A stretch of 27,157 bases of DNA from Solirubrobacterales bacterium (GTDB lineage Bacteria > Actinomycetota > Thermoleophilia > Solirubrobacterales > 70-9), in contig JAWVFM010000348.1 of assembly GCA_033856015.1 (NCBI GenBank), positions 1-27,157 on the forward strand, read 5' to 3'. The translations under genes and the position numbers were made by a program. The stretch's first letter is position 1; every line of letters begins with the position of its first letter. The notes below the pieces were generated by a model. It saw only the letters and a list, made by a program, of their open reading frames with translations, did not search any database and was not told the origin of the DNA. This document shows positions 9,059 to 15,767 of this stretch, one piece after another.

Positions 9059-9522
9059 TAGGTCCCGCCGAGCTTGCGATGGTCCCAGCTCGCGACGCGC
9101 TCGGCCCGGAAGCGGATCGCAACCCGCTTGCGAGCCTGAGCCTCGAGAGCCGTCGCCATGTCGCCCTCGATCGAGGTGAAGCCGTCCGCGTAGCGGAGGG
9201 TCAGCTCCTTCGCCAGGTCGAACACGGTCTCGATGTCGCGGTGGAGCTCGGCCGTGGCCTCGATCTGGACGCCGCGAAGCTCGGAGTATTCGTGGCCCGT
9301 CTCGATCAGGAGCGTCGCGCGGGGATCACGCTCGAGGTTGCGGACCTTCTGGGACTTGCCGTACGTGTAAATCCAGACGTCGCCGTCGCGCGGCACGTAC
9401 CAGAGCGGCATCAGGTGGGGCCAGCCTCGGGTCCCCATGCTCGCGACCACGACGACGCGCTCGGCATTCAGGAGCTCGCTCTGCTCGGCCGCGGTGAGGA
9501 CGATCTGATCGCGGCGAGTCAC
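9055..9522 (-). CDS. Pyridoxamine 5'-phosphate oxidase-like (split beta-barrel), probable F420-dependent oxidoreductase of the Rv2991 type
   Basis: RRDQIVLT, GWPHLMPLWY, KSQKVRNLERDPRATLLIE, YSELRGVQIEA, SWDHRKLGG. Confidence 0.88.
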   Translation of the reverse strand: MTRRDQIVLTAAEQSELLNAERVVVVASMGTRGWPHLMPLWYVPRDGDVWIYTYGKSQKVRNLERDPRATLLIETGHEYSELRGVQIEATAELHRDIETVFDLAKELTLRYADGFTSIEGDMATALEAQARKRVAIRFRAERVASWDHRKLGGTY

Positions 9523-9531
9523 TGGCGCCTG

Positions 9532-9537
9532 ATGGTA
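9532..9537 (-). promoter_or_regulatory. Putative -10 element (TACCAT) for the PNPOx-like gene
   Basis: TANNNT hexamer 9 nt upstream of the GTG at 9522. Confidence 0.4.
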
Positions 9538-9556
9538 GGCGCTTCAAGGCGCTTCA
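9537..9556. repeat. Perfect 10-nt tandem repeat (AGGCGCTTCA x2)
   Basis: Read directly at 9537-9546 and 9547-9556. Confidence 0.9.
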
Positions 9557-9580
9557 CATAAGTGTCGATGGCCACTTATG
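9557..9580. promoter_or_regulatory. Operator-like inverted repeat CATAAGTG-N8-CACTTATG overlapping the GGDEF-EAL start codon
   Basis: Perfect 8-bp arms, AT-rich in a GC-rich background, in a divergent intergenic gap. Function is inferred. Confidence 0.5.
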
Positions 9581-11542
9581 GTCACGAACGCCCCCGCCGC
9601 CCCGAACGAGGCGCGTGGCCGGCTCTGGCTCCGCAAGCGCCGGGACACCCTCAGGCTTCGCGTCGAGAGGGTCGGATTCGGCGCCCGCCTCTTCCTCGCG
9701 CTCGCCGTGGCCCTGGTGCTGGCCGGGGTGGTCGGGGACACGCTCATCTCGGATCGTCTCGGGCAATTCCAGATCGACACCTACGGCAGCGTCCAGCGCG
9801 CGGATGCCAAGGCCATCGAGGAGATCGTCCGAACGTCCCAGCGATCCCAGAGCAAGTTCCAGAACATCCAGGCGCTGCTAAATGCCGCCGGCAAGCGCCC
9901 GGGCACGCTCGAGGCGATGCTGATCGGCCCCGACAACATCGTCCGCCTCTCGAACAGCGCCGCGTTCACCGGCAAGCTGAGCTCCGACCCCCGGGTCAAC
10001 GCCGCGCTTCAGTCCGGCGTGTCCTATGCCGGACGCGAGGCCGACCCAGCGGTCGACTCCGGGAACCTCGAGTTCGTCAGCCCGGTCCGCTTCCCGAAGG
10101 GACGCTACGCCCTTGAGACGAGCTACACCCACGAGAGCTTCGACGGGCAGCTCGCAGGGGTGCGCCGGGTGATGCTCCTGATCATCGTCTGTGCCCTGCT
10201 CGGCGCCGGAGCGTGCTTCTACCTGCTGGGCGGCCGCGCGCTGCTGGGCAGTCACCGCCGCGCTCTCAAGCGGGCCACCCGCGACGGGCTCACCAACCTC
10301 CCGAACCATCGTGCCTTCCAGAGCGACTTCGAGCATGCCGCCGCCTCTGCGGCGCGCCGCCCTGACCCATTCGCGCTCGCCCTCCTCGACCTCGATCACT
10401 TCAAGCTCGTCAACGACCGCCATGGCCACCTACAGGGCGACTCGTTGCTCAAGCGGGTCAGCGGGATCCTGCGCGACGGCCGCGCCTCGGACCGCGCCTA
10501 CCGGATCGGCGGGGATGAATTCGCCCTGCTCCTGCCGCAAACGGACGTCGAGGGCGCCCGGACCCTGGCGCGGCGCCTGATCCGGACGCTCGACGACGCC
10601 GACGTGGCGGCCAGCATCGGGGTCGCGACGATCCGCGCAGGCCAATCCGCGGACGAGCTGCGTGCCGAGGCCGACGCCGCCCTCTACGAGGCCAAGCGCC
10701 ACGGTGGCAAGCGGTTCGTCCAGTTCGAGGACATCAGCGACCTCGTCTCGATAACGACGCCGGCCAAGCGCCAGGCTGTCCGCGGCCTGGTCGACGACGG
10801 CCTGCTGCGCACCGTCTACCAGCCGATCTGGGACTTCGGATCGCAGCGTCTGCTGGGGCTCGAGGCGCTGACCCGCCCTGACCCGTCCTACGGCCTCTCG
10901 GGCCCCGCCGAAGCGTTCGACACCGCCGACCAGATCGGGCTCGTGCACAAGCTGGACGAGCTGTGCGTGGCGCGTGCATTGCAGATCGGCCCCGAGCTTC
11001 CAGATGATGCCCTCCTGTTCGTCAACCTCGCCCCGAAGACGCTCGAACTGGACGCGGAGGGCAACGACTGGCTGCGCCGCGCCGTCGAGCTGGCGGGCCT
11101 CGAACCCGCGCGAGTCGTCGTGGAGGTGACCGAGCGGATCGGAGCCCGAACCATCCCGGTGATCAAGAGCCTGCGCCGGCTGCGCGAGCAGGGCTTCAAG
11201 CTCGCGCTCGACGACGTCGGCACCGGTAACGCCGGACTCGAGATGTTGCGCCTCCTGGACGCCGAGTACGTGAAGATCGACCGCAGCATCGTCGCCGCGG
11301 CGGCCACCGAGCCGAACGCGCGCGCGGTGCTGATGGCGATGGCGACCTTCGCCCGCCAAACGGGGGCGTTCGTGATCGCCGAGGGCATCGAGGACCAGGA
11401 GACCCTCGAGTTCCTGCGCGACGTCGAGGCGCTCGACATCCGCCCCGGAACGATCATCCAGGGCGGCCAGGGCTTCGGGCTGGGGCGGCCTTCGACGACA
11501 CTGCCCGTCGAGACCGGCCTGGCGCTTCCAATCGCCGCCTGA
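9578..11542 (+). CDS. Membrane-anchored diguanylate cyclase/phosphodiesterase (2 TM + extracytoplasmic sensor + GGDEF + EAL)
   Basis: Two hydrophobic segments flank a ~140-aa loop. GGDEF domain: DLDHFKLVNDRHGHLQGD, RASD I-site five residues before GGDEF. EAL domain: GLEALTR, FVNL, EVTE, DDVGTG, KIDRS, AEGIE, QGFGLGRP. Confidence 0.95.
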   Translation: MVTNAPAAPNEARGRLWLRKRRDTLRLRVERVGFGARLFLALAVALVLAGVVGDTLISDRLGQFQIDTYGSVQRADAKAIEEIVRTSQRSQSKFQNIQALLNAAGKRPGTLEAMLIGPDNIVRLSNSAAFTGKLSSDPRVNAALQSGVSYAGREADPAVDSGNLEFVSPVRFPKGRYALETSYTHESFDGQLAGVRRVMLLIIVCALLGAGACFYLLGGRALLGSHRRALKRATRDGLTNLPNHRAFQSDFEHAAASAARRPDPFALALLDLDHFKLVNDRHGHLQGDSLLKRVSGILRDGRASDRAYRIGGDEFALLLPQTDVEGARTLARRLIRTLDDADVAASIGVATIRAGQSADELRAEADAALYEAKRHGGKRFVQFEDISDLVSITTPAKRQAVRGLVDDGLLRTVYQPIWDFGSQRLLGLEALTRPDPSYGLSGPAEAFDTADQIGLVHKLDELCVARALQIGPELPDDALLFVNLAPKTLELDAEGNDWLRRAVELAGLEPARVVVEVTERIGARTIPVIKSLRRLREQGFKLALDDVGTGNAGLEMLRLLDAEYVKIDRSIVAAAATEPNARAVLMAMATFARQTGAFVIAEGIEDQETLEFLRDVEALDIRPGTIIQGGQGFGLGRPSTTLPVETGLALPIAA

Positions 11543-11571
11543 GCGACGCGAACGGCACGCCGCCGTGGCCG

Positions 11572-11596
11572 ATTTGTGGCATTTCGCACCACAAAT
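11572..11596. promoter_or_regulatory. Operator-like inverted repeat ATTTGTGG-N9-CCACAAAT
   Basis: Perfect 8-bp arms in an AT-rich patch 30 bp downstream of the GGDEF-EAL stop. No U-tract follows it on either strand. Confidence 0.45.
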
Positions 11597-11619
11597 TCGT
11601 AACAAAACGCTCAAGTAGA

Positions 11620-11730
11620 GGCGGACTTCTGCCGATGGGGCAATAGCGCGAGAGCGATCGCCAGGCTTCGGCCCGACAGGCGCGGCTGCTCTCCATATGC
11701 ACCTCACAATCGCAGCGCCTGGTTGCTGCG
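11620..11730 (+). ncRNA. Candidate structured cis-regulatory RNA / 5' leader, family unassigned
   Basis: Pairing by eye: hairpin 11620-11633; a three-way junction closed by 11635-11642/11687-11696 with a GAGA (GNRA) tetraloop and a C(UUCG)G tetraloop; and a 6-bp hairpin 11711-11730 abutting the SD of the downstream small ORF. Confidence 0.35.
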
Positions 11731-11744
11731 GAAAGGATCGCCGC

Positions 11745-11858
11745 ATGGCCGATCGCAGAATCACCGGGCTCGACGCCCGCAGCCTCGCGATGCTCGGCCT
11801 GCTCACCCTGCTCCTGGGCGCCGGCCTCAGCCGGACGAGCAGAGGCCGCTACAGCTGA
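11745..11858 (+). CDS. Small 37-aa predicted membrane peptide, not in the ORF track: MADRRITGLDARSLAMLGLLTLLLGAGLSRTSRGRYS
   Basis: SD-like GAAAGGA at 11731-11737, 7 nt before the ATG. Mostly G/C-ending codons. One hydrophobic stretch followed by an Arg-rich tail. Confidence 0.55.
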   Translation: MADRRITGLDARSLAMLGLLTLLLGAGLSRTSRGRYS

Positions 11859-11904
11859 TCAAAGCCTTGCCGCAGTTGCATGCGGCTCGTGGATCCTGGA
11901 GGCG

Positions 11905-12696
11905 CTACGGCGCCTTCAGGTCGTTCGGGGCCCTGCCTTCGGTGGCGAGCTTCTCCAGGTGCGCCTCCATGACGATGGCCGCCGCCGGGCGCAACTGCTG
12001 CGGCACGTCCGCCCAGGCGATGTCAAGGAGCGCCGCCCTAGAGCGCTCCCCCGCGTCAAGTGCGGCAAGGAGCTTTCGCTCGCGGTCCAGGCGGTGCTCG
12101 ATGTATTCGTCGAGCTTGGCCCGCGGGTCCGCGATGTACGGGCCATGGCCGGGACACATGAGCGCGGGATCGAGGTCGCGAAGCAGCTCGAGCGAGCGCA
12201 TGTAGGCGGCCAGCGAGCCACCGTCCGGAGGGACGAACGACGACCCGGTCCCGAGCACGAGGTCACCGCAGAAACAGACGTCGCCGAGGACCAGGGCGAC
12301 GTGGTCCGCGGCGTGACCGGGGGTCGGCACCACGGTGAACGGCCCGACGGCGTCCGGAACGCCCTCGAGCACCTTGGCATCGCCCGGCTCGCCCTCTGAG
12401 GCAGCGCTCACCGATCCGAGCAGGAGGGGCGCACCCAGCGCGCCAACTCCCTGCGAGTGGTCGGCGTGTGAGTGGGTCAGGAGAACGCCGGCGATCCCGC
12501 CGCGCCCGGCGGCCGCCAGGCGAATCCGTTCGAGATGCCCCTCGTCGTCCGGTCCCGGGTCGATCACGAAGCATCCCTCGCCGGCCGCGACGAGGTACGT
12601 GTTCGTTCCGGCGAGCGTCATCGGCCCCGGGTTCGGGGCCACCAGCCTCGAGATCGCGTCGTGCCCGGGTGCCGGCTCGGGCGTCGGCGCCGCCAG
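11905..12696 (-). CDS. Metallo-beta-lactamase-fold hydrolase with C-terminal helical/winged-helix tail (LACTB2-like); start probably CTG at 12696
   Basis: ISRLVAPNPGPMTLAGTNTYLV, IDPGP, THSHADH, TPGHAADH, FCGD, PGHG, YIEHRLDRERKLLAAL, AHLEKL. The ORF track starts at GTG 12642, inside the conserved N-terminal strand. Confidence 0.88.
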   Translation of the reverse strand: MAAPTPEPAPGHDAISRLVAPNPGPMTLAGTNTYLVAAGEGCFVIDPGPDDEGHLERIRLAAAGRGGIAGVLLTHSHADHSQGVGALGAPLLLGSVSAASEGEPGDAKVLEGVPDAVGPFTVVPTPGHAADHVALVLGDVCFCGDLVLGTGSSFVPPDGGSLAAYMRSLELLRDLDPALMCPGHGPYIADPRAKLDEYIEHRLDRERKLLAALDAGERSRAALLDIAWADVPQQLRPAAAIVMEAHLEKLATEGRAPNDLKAP

Positions 12697-12699
12697 GCC

Positions 12700-14766
12700 C
12701 TACTCCGTGACCGCTTCGAGGACCGCCGTGCGAGCGTCCTCGGGCTCGAGGATGACCAGGTCTCCCGCCCCCTTGAGGACCTCGCGCACGAGCCAGTCGG
12801 TCGAGCCGTAGGGGATCTCGACGACCGCCGCCCCGTCGGCATGCTCCTCCACGACCGTGCGCTCCTCGCGCAGCCAGCGAGCTCGCTCGGGGGAGACCCA
12901 GACGCGAGCGACGCCGGCGCTCGCAACCTCGCCCTGGACGAGCCACTCCTGCTCCGCGAGCCGGGCCTCGACGCCGTCGCGGGGCTCGAAGCCGGTGTCG
13001 AGCACGGTGGCCAGCTTGATCCGGTCGAGGCGGAAATGCCGTGTGTCCTCGCGGGCGAGGTCGAAGCAACCCAGGTACCACCCCTCCGGGCCGTTGACGA
13101 GCTGGTAGGGCTCGACCTCGCGCTTCGTGAACACGTCCTCGTTCTCCTTGTAGTACTCGAGCTCGAGCAGCTTGCGGTCGACGATCGCCTCGTTCACGGT
13201 CGCCACCACCTGGGAGTCGTCCGTGCCCGGTGCGATCTCGAGTCCCTCCTCGGAGGGATCGTGGCCGAGGGCCGCGACGATCTTCTCGCGGGCGCTGCCG
13301 AGCCCGGCCTCCGGCAGATGGTCGCCGAACAGGTCGATGGCCGCGACGAGCGCCTTCGCCTCGAGCGGCAGCAGCCGGGCCGGGCGGGCGAAGTTGTCGC
13401 CGTACGTGTCCGCGTCGACCTCGATCTCGTCGCCCACGATCTCCGCGTAGAGCACGTACGTGCCGCCTCCGAAGTTGACGACGTTCAGGACGTCGAGGTC
13501 CTCGCGCAGCTCCTCGGCGTCCAGGTTCAGCTCGCCGGTCACCTGGCTGACCGGCACCCGCCTGGACTCGCGGGCGGCGCCGATGAGGATCCCCGCGAGG
13601 GTCACCAGGCGGGCGAAGCGCTCCGGGCGGATCACGGACTCGCCGCGGCCGTTCGAGCGGCCCGTGCCGTTTCGCGAGCGCAGCTGGGCCGTGCCGTCGG
13701 CGAGCGGACGGGCTACGACCTCTGCCATCGCGAAGTCGCCGCCGTGGCGCTGGCGAAGCTCCGTCACGCGCTCCGCGGCCTCCGCAGCGAGGTCCGGCGG
13801 GGCGATAAGGCGGGCGTTGTAACGCCAGCCGAGGACCCAGGAGATGAGCTGGCGTCGTGAGGCGTACTCCGTCTCGAAGACCATGCCCTTGCCCTTCACG
13901 CCGTCCGCCTTCGCGACCGGTCGCATGGTCCCGAAGGACCCGTAGTCACGCTCCACGAGCCAGGCGATCCGCTCGCGGACGAAGGTTGCCGCGCTGCCCT
14001 CGATCTCGCCCATCTGCCAATCGGCCCGCGACGCGTAGTCGCGGCGGTCGAACTTCTCCGGCGGCGAGAAGTCGTGCTCCGCCTTGCTCGCGTAGGAGAC
14101 CTTGCCGCGGATGCGGGAGAGGCGAAACACCCGAACCGCGTCGCGCTCGTGGGCGTGGCCGATCAGGTAGAACTGGCCTTCGCGAAAGACGAGGTGGTAG
14201 GGGTCCACCACGCGGTCGGCCACGTCGTCGCGCTGCATCGTGTAGTAGCTGAACTCGACGGTCTTGCGACGCGAGATGGCCGTCTCGATCTTCGCGAGCC
14301 GCTGCGAGAGCTCACGCCCTCCGGAGGACGGCTGGAGCTTGACGTCGATGGGGGCCGCCGTCCCCGGCGGCATCGGGTTCGGCCTGCCCCAGGAAACCTG
14401 CTGCAGCGCGAGCCGCAGGGGCTCGGCGTAGGCGAACTCGCCGTCGAGCAACCCGAGCGCGGTTCGCAGCGCCGCCAGCTCGGGGTCCGAGAACTTGATC
14501 TTCGGCAGGTAGTAGTTCTCCGGCGGAAGGGCGTAGAGCTCGGCCTCGAAGAAGCCCTCCGAGGGCTTCTGGACCTGCAGCGAGATGCCGAGGCTCTCGA
14601 GCTCGGCCCGGTCCGCATAGAAGCGGCGCGCGAACGCATCCTCGTTCATCGAGCTGTAGCCCTCCACCTCCTGCTTGATCTCGAGTGCCGACACCGGGCG
14701 TCGATTCGCCATGAGGAACGAGATCAGCGAGAGCTGGCGGATGAGCTTCTCCGTGTCCTTGGCCAT
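12700..14766 (-). CDS. pafBC: Fused PafB-PafC transcriptional activator (two tandem wHTH-WYL-WCX modules)
   Basis: Module 1: KLIRQLSLISFL...AFARRFYADRAELESLGI, VDPYHLV...GQFYLIG...RVFRLSRI. Module 2: RFARLVTL...LREDLDVL, VEPYQLV...GWYLG...RHFRLDRI. ATG at 14766 preferred over the ORF-track start at 14808. Confidence 0.88.
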   Translation of the reverse strand: MAKDTEKLIRQLSLISFLMANRRPVSALEIKQEVEGYSSMNEDAFARRFYADRAELESLGISLQVQKPSEGFFEAELYALPPENYYLPKIKFSDPELAALRTALGLLDGEFAYAEPLRLALQQVSWGRPNPMPPGTAAPIDVKLQPSSGGRELSQRLAKIETAISRRKTVEFSYYTMQRDDVADRVVDPYHLVFREGQFYLIGHAHERDAVRVFRLSRIRGKVSYASKAEHDFSPPEKFDRRDYASRADWQMGEIEGSAATFVRERIAWLVERDYGSFGTMRPVAKADGVKGKGMVFETEYASRRQLISWVLGWRYNARLIAPPDLAAEAAERVTELRQRHGGDFAMAEVVARPLADGTAQLRSRNGTGRSNGRGESVIRPERFARLVTLAGILIGAARESRRVPVSQVTGELNLDAEELREDLDVLNVVNFGGGTYVLYAEIVGDEIEVDADTYGDNFARPARLLPLEAKALVAAIDLFGDHLPEAGLGSAREKIVAALGHDPSEEGLEIAPGTDDSQVVATVNEAIVDRKLLELEYYKENEDVFTKREVEPYQLVNGPEGWYLGCFDLAREDTRHFRLDRIKLATVLDTGFEPRDGVEARLAEQEWLVQGEVASAGVARVWVSPERARWLREERTVVEEHADGAAVVEIPYGSTDWLVREVLKGAGDLVILEPEDARTAVLEAVTE

Positions 14767-14772
14767 CCGGCG

Positions 14773-14778
14773 AGAATA
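14773..14778 (-). promoter_or_regulatory. Putative -10 element (TATTCT) giving a leaderless pafBC transcript
   Basis: TANNNT hexamer 6 nt upstream of the ATG at 14766, with no Shine-Dalgarno. Confidence 0.55.
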
Positions 14779-14883
14779 CTCAGGCGCCGCGCACGGATAA
14801 TCCGGCAACCTCGCAAGTTGCGCCCTAACGCGCCCCGCGTTTGACTAGGCTGCCGCCTGTACGCGGCGGGAGGCCGCGTCACC

Positions 14884-15402
14884 ATGCTTGGCGCAGACAC
14901 CTTCGTGAGCTCGATCCTGAGGCTGGTGTCGACGGTTGTGATTCTCGCCGCCGTCTACTTCCTCATCATCAAGCCCGTCCTGAGCACCACCAAGGACGTG
15001 GTCCACAACGCCTCGAAGCAGGCGAGCCAGCAGCAGCGCGCCAGCCGGATCGCACGCGACAAGGCGGAGCTGCACGTCGCCCGCCAGCGCGCCTCAAGCT
15101 ATGCGCAGAGCGCGCTCGCCGGCTCCCAGCCCTGGTTCGCGGCCTCGCACGAGATCCGGCATTGCGTCCAGGCGGCCGGCAAGGACCTCGTGAAGATGAA
15201 CCGCTGCGCGAGCGAGGGCGTGGCGATCGTCACCCGCGCGCTGTCCCCGCGGAACATCTCGGTCTCCTATGCCACCAGCCTGGATCAGCAGGGCAAGTCG
15301 CCAGAGGCCGACAGGGTCCGCAGATGCCTGGCCTCAGCTGGGTTTAGAGTGCGTCCCATGATCCGCTGCAGGGCCCTCGCGACCAGGTACCTCTTCGGCT
15401 GA
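14884..15402 (+). CDS. Hypothetical membrane-anchored protein, paralog 1: N-terminal TM plus two C-x13-C repeats
   Basis: GGGAGG SD at 14868-14873 and TAGGCT -10-like at 14846-14851. N-terminal hydrophobic helix shared with the next gene. Repeats CVQAAGKDLVKMNRC and CLASAGFRVRPMIRC. Confidence 0.85.
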   Translation: MLGADTFVSSILRLVSTVVILAAVYFLIIKPVLSTTKDVVHNASKQASQQQRASRIARDKAELHVARQRASSYAQSALAGSQPWFAASHEIRHCVQAAGKDLVKMNRCASEGVAIVTRALSPRNISVSYATSLDQQGKSPEADRVRRCLASAGFRVRPMIRCRALATRYLFG

Positions 15403-15755
15403 TGCTCGGCGGGGGAACATTCGTCAGCGCCATCCTGCGGCTGGTGACGACCGTCGGGATCCTCGCGGCCGTCTACTTCCTGATCATCAAGCCGGTTCTG
15501 CACACGACCGAGTCGATCAGCAACGACATCAACCACTCGGTCAACACGGGCCTGGCGACGGCGAACAAGGCGTTCAAGCACGCCAACATCTCCTCGCCGA
15601 AGGTCCGTCACAAGGTCCGCTCGGACGTACGAACCGTGATCCGCACGTCGGGGAACGTCAAGACGTCCAACCTGCCGGCGGACGCGCAGAAGCTCCTGAA
15701 GTGCGTGCAGAAGGCGGGCACGAACATCACCAAGCTCCAGGCCTGCCAGTCGTAA
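15402..15755 (+). CDS. Hypothetical membrane-anchored protein, paralog 2: N-terminal TM plus one C-x13-C repeat
   Basis: TGATG stop/start overlap with paralog 1. 30 of the first 36 residues are identical to paralog 1. C-terminal CVQKAGTNITKLQAC. Confidence 0.87.
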   Translation: MLGGGTFVSAILRLVTTVGILAAVYFLIIKPVLHTTESISNDINHSVNTGLATANKAFKHANISSPKVRHKVRSDVRTVIRTSGNVKTSNLPADAQKLLKCVQKAGTNITKLQACQS

Positions 15756-15767
15756 AGAAGCCCGCGC

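Noticed and set aside
11572-11596. CRP site or sigma-54 promoter reading of the palindrome
   Set aside because: TGTGG/CCACA spacing is N9 rather than the N6 of TGTGA-N6-TCACA. There is no GC at the -12 position relative to the GG.
11620-11700. Assignment to a known riboswitch or tRNA (c-di-GMP-I, c-di-AMP, fluoride, glycine on the minus strand, tRNA-Ala remnant)
   Set aside because: Each shares only short words (GGCAA, CCCGACAG, GATGG, GGAGAG..GCCGAAG..CTCTC, GGGGCAATAGC). Required conserved nucleotides or arms are missing, so it is left unassigned.
12700-14766. WYL protein as the regulator of an anti-phage defence island
   Set aside because: The architecture is PafB/PafC-like rather than BrxR/CapW-like. 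No recognisable defence effector, methylase or mobile-element gene is nearby.
14884-15755. Paralog pair as Flp/type IV pilins or lipoproteins
   Set aside because: No G|xxxxE prepilin motif and no lipobox Cys after the hydrophobic helix.
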